NCBI GenBank assembly: GCA_012295275.1
Contig: CM022673.1
Span: forward strand, 4,464,001 to 4,528,000
Source of the DNA: Chrysomallon squamiferum
Taxonomy: Eukaryota; Animalia; Mollusca
Reading direction: 5' to 3'
DNA: 64,000 nt
Shown here in pieces: positions 54,976-64,000 of the stretch. The translations under genes were made by a program, and so were the position numbers. Numbering within the stretch: position 1 is the stretch's first letter; every line of letters starts with the position of its first letter. Below the pieces are notes generated by a model. The model saw only the letters and a list, made by a program, of their open reading frames with translations, was not told the origin of the DNA and made no database searches.

Positions 54976-56098
54976 TAGACTAAAACCAGCACATATAATA
55001 ACTGGCTTATTCGACAATCCCCTACTTGGTTATTCAAGCCTGTTGGTTGTGAACATTTTAGCTTATATCATCCATCGACCAGTCTCGTTTGATGAGGCAG
55101 AAATAATTGAGCCTTTTTTTTCTCTCCCCTCCGTATTTTCAGGCGGAATCTAAATGGTGTGGAAAATGTGAATAATAATAAGTTATTAATAATCTCAGTT
55201 TGCGGTAATTTCGTGTTAAGTCAGCCATATTGTTTGTATCGGGTCTGAGTTTCGTAGAGCAAGGATTGTTTAGTCCCAGTTCAGTCACCACTGATGTGAA
55301 CTGGTAATCAAAATGAGGCAGATTTGATGTGGCATGTTACAGTCGTGTGTGCGGCAGATTTTGTTTTAACATGATGGACTGGTGGATGAGTGGCATGTTT
55401 GTTGTTTTAATGTGGCAGATTGGTGATGAGGTTTTTTTTTTTTATAGGAGTGTTGCTGTTATGGTGTGTGGTAAATGTTTAGTTTAAAAACCATGGAGTG
55501 ATGTGTTTTAAAATTGTTTAAAATTCTGATAATTTCATTAAAAAAAAAAAAAAAAAAAAACAGAACAAAAACCAACAACAACAAAACAAACCAAAAGAAA
55601 CCAAAACCCCCCCCCAAAAAAAACCCGCCAAAACAACAAAAACAAAACAGTTATAAAATTTAAATACATAATTAATATAAAACAAATATTACTGCATATA
55701 AAAAAAGAAATAAAAATTTAATTTTTCTAAAAGAAACTTGAATAGGTACAGCTTGTATGCACCAAAATAGCATCGAGACACAATGATTAGTAAATAATAC
55801 AACTGATGACAGGAGTGTTTTGACGTCATCATAAAACCAAAAATAAAAAAACAAAACATAATTGTGTTTTGAAAATGTCACCTGACAATTTGCATTCAAG
55901 GATTAGTGACTGGTGACAGATAGTGACAGCATAGACATGCAGTGCCTTGAGACAATGGGTCACATGACTGTCTAACAGCTAAATTGGTCGCAGAAGTAGT
56001 TACTATGACAACAGCTCATTATTGTTATCAAAAACCATCAGCAGGCACTTGTAAGAGTGTTTGTGTTTATGTGTGTGTGTGTGTGTGTTTGTGTTTGT

Positions 56099-56156
<58 letters not shown>

Positions 56157-57269
56157 TGTGTGTTGTGTGTGTGTGTGTGTGTTGATGTATAAGTGTTGGT
56201 ATGTATCTTAAAACACTGAGGATAATTACATGTATATATCTATATAACAGTATATTGGTGTTTTAGCCTCTGTGTATGAAGATAAATGTAAATGTTGCTA
56301 TATAAGCATACATGAGTTTTGTCTTGTGAATGTACATCTGTATGTATGATTGTGTTTATCTCTCTATCTGTCTATATGTCTATAATATCTATACACACAC
56401 ACGTACTGATACCAGTTCTCTAACTCATTCTCTATACCTTTGTCTAGCTCTATATTTCACCGACATTATCTTCTTTCTTTCTTTGTCTATCTCTAATCTG
56501 TTTTGCTGCTGTGTGAGTCTACTGAGCTGTAAATGAAACACTGATGAAAGCCATTGTTACAGTGTCTTTGTAGGAGTAGACCAGCTAAATGTTTTCCTGT
56601 GTTGTATAAAAACGTGCACTTCAGATTTTCATCAGCTTAGTTCATTATCAGTTCTTTTTTTCTCTTTTCCATTAAGATTTTTATTTATTATTTGTCTATT
56701 CTGATATTTGCTTCTCTTCTATTTTTTTTTTTTTTTTTTTCTCCTTTCTTTTATTATAAACTTTTATTTTCAGATTTTGGAGAAAAAAATTATTAAAATC
56801 AATTTATCTGCTTCATGTACAGCATTTTTTTACATTTTATTTCAAGTGAAAGGTGATTAAAAAAAGCCCTGGTATTATTTTTATTTATTTATTTATTTAT
56901 CTACATTCATTTTTTAATTATTTATCAAAATATTATTAATTTTGCTATTTTTGGGATTGTTGTTTTTCAAAATATAATTTATTTACTCATTCATCTATTT
57001 TAGTTTAATTCCTAAATTTGTTAGGCTTTTTTAAAGACTATGTATACATTTGTATTATACAGTATTAAAAGGAAGGCTGAATGTTATTTAAATACCAAAC
57101 AACAACATATGTGAGGTATCTGTTAATAATACACACCCACCACCTATTTATATATTTTAATTACTTTCTTCCATTAGCAAGTCAGCATAAACATGGCTAT
57201 TGTGGCGTACATATTATCTGATTTTCCTTACACATTTTAAACTAATAAATATTCCCAGTGCTCTATACA

Positions 57270-57630
57270 GGGCCTTAAAAGTTAAGGGCTGCATGAAACC
57301 AATTTTGTTACTTGCATACTAATCATAAAAAATTAAGGACCTCATGAATACTTTCTAGTACCGAAGCTTTGTATGCTAGTTGTAAGAGCCTTGTGAATTT
57401 TGAGTCTAATGTTGCAGTTTTTATGTATTGATTATAAAATGTTAAGGATTGTATCAGTACATTATCAGGAATATAGAATTGTATACTAATCACAAAAAGT
57501 TAAGTCTAGTAACATATATTGCATCAGGAATGCAGATTGTCATACTAAAAATTAGAAATTGAGGGGCACATGAACATTATGTGTACAGTATTGTATAACA
57601 ATCACAAATGGTTAAGGGCTGTATAAACAT
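57270..57630. repeat. Degenerate tandem repeat
   Basis: Recurring GTTAAGGG(C)TG.ATGAA and TTG.ATACTAATCA.AAAAA.TTAAG motifs. Confidence 0.6.
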
Positions 57631-57841
57631 TGTTTTTAGAGCGATACAGCAAAAAAGTATTAAAAAGCAAAACTGTTATGAATTTTCAATGTTTTTCTGG
57701 CAGCTGAACGAGCTGTAAGGTAAAAGGTTTATACATGTGTAATCTTCAGTGCTTTGACCTTATTGAATCCTTAATGTATTATACCTAAAATTTACAGTGT
57801 ACAATATTGCAGGACCACTTTGCATGCTGCAGTATAATGAA

Positions 57842-58168
57842 TAGTTGAGGATCCCATATTAGAAATTCTGAAATCTGAAAAGCTTCAAAATCTGAAACTT
57901 TCTAAGCAGCAGAAATAGTGCTATCTTCTATTGGTTTCAATACCCAAACATTATTTTAAGCACTAAATTATATTAAAGAACCCCATTATACATAGAAAAA
58001 AACATGCAGACTGTTTGTGTAAGCCATAAATAAAATATAAATGGAATTTGTGTTTTTGGATTTAGACCCTGTTCACAGGTTATCTCCTTTTATTCAAAAA
58101 ATCTGAAAAATTCTGAAATATATAAAATTTCCAAATTTAACCATTTCAGAAAAGTGTTTCTCAAACAG
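57842..58168. mobile_element. Non-autonomous pogo/Tigger-type DNA transposon (MITE), Tigger4/MER46-like, decayed
   Basis: Left end (T)AGTTGAGGATCCC..AGAAATTCTGAAATCTGAAAAGCTTCAAAATCTGAAACTTT and right end CATTTCAGAAAAGTGTTTCTCAAACAG|TA form imperfect inverted termini, with a TA on the right. Subterminal AAATCTGAAA repeats occur near both ends. The family call comes from a recalled consensus, not a search. Confidence 0.6.
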
Positions 58169-60266
58169 TAATTAATAGTTACAACTTTTCTTCATTTCTC
58201 AGAAACTGAAAAACTGACATAAGCAGTCAGTATCATCTTTGTGTCCATTCTTCGTTGTCTGACAGAAGTATGACACCAGGTTCCACAGTTTTTAGAACAT
58301 GGAGCAAAATTCAGTGTTCTTCGTAATCTTATTACCAAACAGTATGCAAGCTATTGATTTAACAGCACTTTTTAATCAGCTTAACTTCTTCAGAAATACC
58401 TTAATCTTGTTGTGGATCTGAAAATATACAAGTGTTTAATGGCATTATGCAGTTTTTAATGGACTTCCTTTTCAAGCCTGATCAATGCTAATAACAGTAT
58501 TTGTACAGGTTTTGGTATTGACTTGAAAAACTACTTCATGCATCAGTGAATCCGGTTTTTGATTTTTGTTGTCAAGTTGACAATACTCTTATAAATCTAA
58601 ATTAGCTTTCATGTAATTACTTCTTTCTTTATTAATTTTATTGTTATTTTTAAATTAAAATGTGTTTCAAAAATGTGTTATTACTATTATTATTATTATT
58701 ATTATTATTACTAATAATAGTAGTAGTAGAAGAAGCAGCAGCATTACTACTACAGCAACTACTACTACTTTTTTATTATTATTATTCTCAATGCTACTTG
58801 TATTACCATAACTACTATTCTTGCGTTATTATTCTTACTACTACTACAACTATTACTATCACTGTTTTAGTATTGTTGTTGTATCAAACCTAATAAATTA
58901 AGAGTCATCCATATTGAGAGTTATTTCTGTTCATTATTTCATTATTTCATTTAGTTTATTTCTCTACAAATACATCAAATATATATCTTAACAAATTTCA
59001 TCCACCTTCTACCACATACAGCCACACATATATATTAGCACACTGATTATTCCTAAAGCTGAGGTATTATCACCCATCAAACCTTTAATTCAAATACCCA
59101 GATGTTATGGAAACAAAATAATCCATTTTAATTTAAATAATCATTTCATATTGTAATGGTAAATGATCCCGTGTTCTTGTCCAGACTCTGTGGTTTTCAC
59201 ATTTTATCTGGCTTAGTACAGAATGTGGTCATTAGCATATCCTTGCTTCCATCTGGAACATTTCAGCTGTTTTCAACCCAGATCTGAGTTATTTTTGTAT
59301 CTCCAGTACATGTCTAATGAAGAACACAGACAGCTCTGGCAAATATTGTTTAATTATAACTTTTTTTTTTTTTTTTTTTTTTAAAGAAATTTTAAAACAA
59401 CAACAACAAAACAAATAGAAACACTTTACTTATAAAACTGAATAAGAAATTAATAATAATATGTAAAAAAATTGGGAATAAATGAAGAAAAGAAATTTTC
59501 ATCATACCAAGACAGATGAACAACATAATAACACTAGTTTGGTTAAGATTTGATAAGGCTTTATGTAGGTATAATATTAATAAATGTATGATACTGTAAC
59601 TGCTGTTTAAGAATAACATTGTTAAATCAAACATTATTTTCTTCTTCATTTAATATTGGTCAGTAGAAGAATATTCATTTAATGTTGCTTAACCAGTAGT
59701 CATTAGATTTGTCCAATTTAAACTTGGAAATTTATTGTTTGCTTGATATATATGGACTAGTTTTGTAGTAGTACAGTAAATACTGAACAGTTGTTCAGTT
59801 AGTAGCATTTGAAAAATTTATATATTCTGGTATTTGTTGTGTGTGTGTGTGTGTCTTTAGATATGTATGTATTCAGTATATATTTCTATGTATATATCTA
59901 TCTGTGTGTGTATAAATACACTTGAATCTACATGTACACATCTGTGTTTCCATATCATATATTGGAGGTTTTTTTGTGGGTTTTTCTTACAGTCTGAATC
60001 AGTGAATGTACATCTTTGAAATGCAGCACTGCTATCAGTATTAATATTAGATTTGAGTTCATTGACATTTAACATGTACATCAAAACTTTGATCTGTCTC
60101 ATAAACAGCAGGTATCACAGAAAACAAGTCTGGAAACAGAGATCTGATAGCATCACAGAATCAATAAACTATAAAGTAATACTCATACACTGTTACCTGA
60201 AATCAGCATACTCTTACTGGGCATTATTATTATTATTGTTATTATTATTATTATTACTACTACTAC

Positions 60267-60310
<44 letters not shown>

Positions 60311-61081
60311 GATACTATGACATTTCTAATTTTTTAATTTATTTATTCATTTATGTAAATGTATAATTAAATTCTTCTCTCTTTTTTTTTTTTTTTCTCT
60401 TTTTCTCTCTCTCTCTATCTCTATCTCTCTTTCTCTCAAGACAGAAGTTCCTGCCTGCAAATATCATTTCATATAAAACTATAAATAAATATTGTCAAAG
60501 TTATGAAGATAATGCAATTAAAGTTGATATAGCTATATTATATATGTATATATATTATGACATTTTATTCTAATTCTGTTGTTTAAAAAAAATATATATA
60601 TATATATATTATATTTCAATAAATAATTATAGATATAGTCTATATGAAAAATGTCATAAAATCTTTATTATGTAATATTTACATAAAAGAATCCTAAATA
60701 TATATTCTCTCCTGCATAAATAAGTGTTAGATGACGTTCTACTGGGAACTCAGTCTTTGCAAAAATTTTGTTTCTATTAACATGGCATAATTTGTGTAGA
60801 GTATTTCTACTATTCAACGATTTGTATAACGTCATTCAAATCTTTGTAAGTATCAAACTCCCTGATTGAACTTGGAAGTGGATACTTAATAAATAGTATA
60901 TGTCTGATTATACTTATTTGTTTTATTCTGGCTTTATAAAGGTCTTATAATTTACTTTGATCTGACAACTCTATTCAAACTATATAGTTTCAGTTGAAGT
61001 ATTGGATTGTTAACAATATTTCTAAATCATGTGAATGACAAATAATCCATGTATATCTGTATTTGTGAGTTTATATCCATG

Positions 61082-61083
<2 letters not shown>

Positions 61084-61149
<66 letters not shown>
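61084..61149. repeat. (TG)n microsatellite; other long (TG)n runs at about 11568, 15694, 19787, 36954, 49844, 50021 and 56070-56180
   Basis: Direct reading of the sequence. Confidence 0.95.
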
Positions 61150-61159
<10 letters not shown>

Positions 61160-64000
61160 AATGACTAATTAGTCTGAACTGGTGAAGTTCACCTGACTGT
61201 TTAAGCCTGTTACTTCATGTAACAAACACAACAGAAAGCAGACAGGCGAGCACTTTTCTCTTGTCTTAACAGCGTCTGTACTCATCTGTACTCTGTCACC
61301 TGACAGTGCTGCATCGTCTGTTAATTGTCTCTGCCGTTTTCAGTATCCTAATGAGTTGACCACAGCCTGTCAAAGTCACCATGTCCATATTTTCATCAAT
61401 ACTTTGAAGAAACTGCATCTGCATTTCAGCAGCATCATATTTGTTATTTCATTAGCATCTTAAAGACACAATATCTTTTTTGTTTTTAATTATTAAAGCA
61501 CCGTATTTCTTAATTAGCATCTTGAAGCCTGTGTATCAGTAGTTGTCACTTTATAATCATTATAATTTATTTATCTGTTTTTATTATCAACATCTTAAAA
61601 TAACTACATTTATAACAACAAACATGCATATATAAACATCATTATATTTATGCATATACACACATATACATATATAAACACAGACTCACAGAAACATACA
61701 CAGATGTACAGAAGTACACACAAAAACAAATCTACACATGCATACATTGAAATACATATATATACGTGTGTATATATATATATATATACACACACACACT
61801 CACATACATACATACATTTACATACATACATACATATATTAACACACACACACACACACACACACACATGATCTAAATGAAACCAGCAGTAATATTAGAA
61901 CTGGTCTCATATACATGACAAGTTCAAATATTATATACCTTGTATTTATGTGTAATAGTACAGAATTAGTAATTAGTCACAAAGCCAAACAGAAAAGTTT
62001 CCAGTCAATAACTAATTTAAATGACGTCTCACAGTTACAATGTGCTCGCTTTCACTGTGAGCTGGAAATTGTGCACAATCAGTTTTTGTCAATATCTGAG
62101 TCCTCCTAATGAAATACAGCATCTGATATTGGACAGCAATCTGACTGATAACCCCAGCTTATTAATGGATTGCTGGATTTATCATTGATTACCAAGGTTT
62201 ATTAATGGATTAGTGGCTTTTCATGCATTACTTCGGGGATCACTGGTTGAGCTGTTATGTAAAATGGATTTATTTTTCCGAATCTCGCACAATGTCAGAA
62301 CATGCAGCTGTCGTACAAAATTAAAATGGATTCTTCTGTTATAAGTTCATCAGTAGCATGATTTCAGCTTAATGAGAAAAGTTCACTATAACAGATTAGA
62401 CACATTCATATATATGAACACAAACACAATATATATAGATATATATATGCTAGAATAATACACACACACACACACATGCGCACATGCATGCAAATATACA
62501 CATACTGGAATAAAATATATTATTTACATAGACAGGTGAATTCAACAGTCCAAATTAATTAGTAAAAATTTTTTTAATAAACAGAAAGATTCTAGCTTAA
62601 AAGTTTCATTTTCATGAAATAAATATATATTGGTCAATTTACAAAAGTACATAGATTAAAAAAGCTCATTTTGAGTAAAACTTTTTCTAAAACACCTGTA
62701 TGCATTTATATACAGTAGTAAAATACATGCTGAAGCTACATTACAATACAATATAGTAATACCACAAAGATTAACTGTAATAGCTGCAGAGTATTATTTA
62801 AAACAGTATATATATGTCTGCATGCATGTGTGTGTGTGTGTGTGTGTGTGTATTTTTTATTTTTAAAGCAAATTATAAAACATTGTTTTAATTATTTAAC
62901 TCAGTTTAGAATGAATTTTCTTACTTTGTATAATTTTGTTTTAGCTACATAATTCATCTGAAACTAAAGTTTTGTATTTTGATTACACCTTTCAAAGGCT
63001 GTCTGTCAAATTGGAGTTGTTTCCCTTACATCATAGCAGTGTTGAATTTAATTTTTTTAAATTAAACACAAAAACAAAATTTCTGAATTTGTAAATAAAT
63101 ATAAGATGTTTATGTGAAATATTGTTTTAATGGGGATGAATTCAGTATAGATTCCATTATATCTGTTTCTTTCCATTTATGTAATATTTTAAGGAACATA
63201 TCCTGTTGAGTATTTTACATTACTAAAGATGGAAGTTACTTGGTTGAAAAACAAAATTTGTGTGATCTTTGTTGATCCAAATCTATTAATAGTAATAATG
63301 TGACTATTATTACTTTCACAATTTTTTATGGTACCTGTGTTGTTTTACCATTACTATTACTTCTTATATTACTACTACTACTACAACTATTAAAGCTATT
63401 GCTACTTCTGCTTCATTAATATTTTTTTTAAATGTTTTACAAAAATCCCCAAAATAATTTGAAAAACCAATAAAAAAGACCTAATTTATCTTCTACATTT
63501 ATTAACAAAAAACCTTTATTATTATTATTTTTTAAATTTCAGATATTTAAAAATAAAATTAACTAAAGTTTTCAATATTTACAAACTAATATATATTAAT
63601 AATTCCTTCACCCCAATTTTTTTTTCTTTTTTTCTCGCTCTCTCCTCTTCTTCTTCTTCTTCTTTTTTTTCTTTCTCATTTTTACAAAATCTTATCTCTA
63701 TCAGCGGAGTTAATGTATCACTAATGACATTGTAATTTGGTTCATTTCTTCGACGTCGTTTCACAAAAGAATGACCCGTACTTTGCTCCGAGTTGCATTA
63801 TAGATTTGATAATGCAGAAAAAATTCACCAGTGAGTACATTGGGATGTTGTTTCCACTCCAGCGAACCTCAACAGTGCTGTGACCAACACTTCATCTTAG
63901 TTCTTTTAAAACACGTTACTTGCATCACCAGTCTCTTATCTTCTTATTCTGGTTCGAAGGTTTTCCTTAATTTGGCCAATGCTTCAAGTCTCCTTGATGC

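Larger units (their letters stand above)
23156..64000 (+). other. Intron 2, apparently extending beyond the window (>40 kb)
   Basis: Starts with GTAAGT. I found no acceptor followed by the expected D-x-x-F-G-x-C frame by eye, so a small exon could have been missed. Confidence 0.55.

Noticed and set aside
166-63764. The supplied 60-146 aa ORFs as protein-coding genes
   Set aside because: Most are translations of microsatellites or low-complexity DNA (CV, HT, LS, ER, FILFY, poly-L/N) or AT-rich chance ORFs. None has a recognisable domain or supporting splice structure.
63804-63830. Candidate 27-nt micro-exon ending at CCA|GTGAGT
   Set aside because: The acceptor is weak and the peptide DLIMQKKFT lacks the expected fourth Cys motif.

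Overview
This is AT-rich, microsatellite-dense eukaryotic (animal) genomic DNA, not prokaryotic. Degraded SINE copies resemble a gastropod tRNA-derived family, which points to a mollusc (inference from recalled consensus). The main content is the 5' end of one large + strand gene. Coding exon 1 (3531-3642) encodes a signal peptide, and a 48-nt exon 2 (23108-23155) encodes GCMLSDVCGPDQVCKD. Together they match the N-terminal Cys-rich (RESP18-homology) region of the dense-core-vesicle receptor phosphatase IA-2/phogrin (PTPRN/PTPRN2 family). Intron 1 is 19,465 bp. Intron 2 appears to run past the window end (>40 kb), as I found no convincing exon 3. The upstream region is CpG-rich, with CRE motifs and short uORFs. 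The introns are CpG-poor apart from a few discrete CpG-retaining patches. They also hold a young 43-bp minisatellite (about 29 copies), a 39-bp minisatellite, many decayed tandem repeats, SINE relics and a Tigger4/MER46-like MITE. None of the supplied ORFs is convincingly coding. I found no CRISPR array, RNA gene or clearly new biological system. The best leads are regulatory (uORFs, CREs, a skippable symmetric exon, intronic CpG patches) and the mammal-like Tigger MITE.
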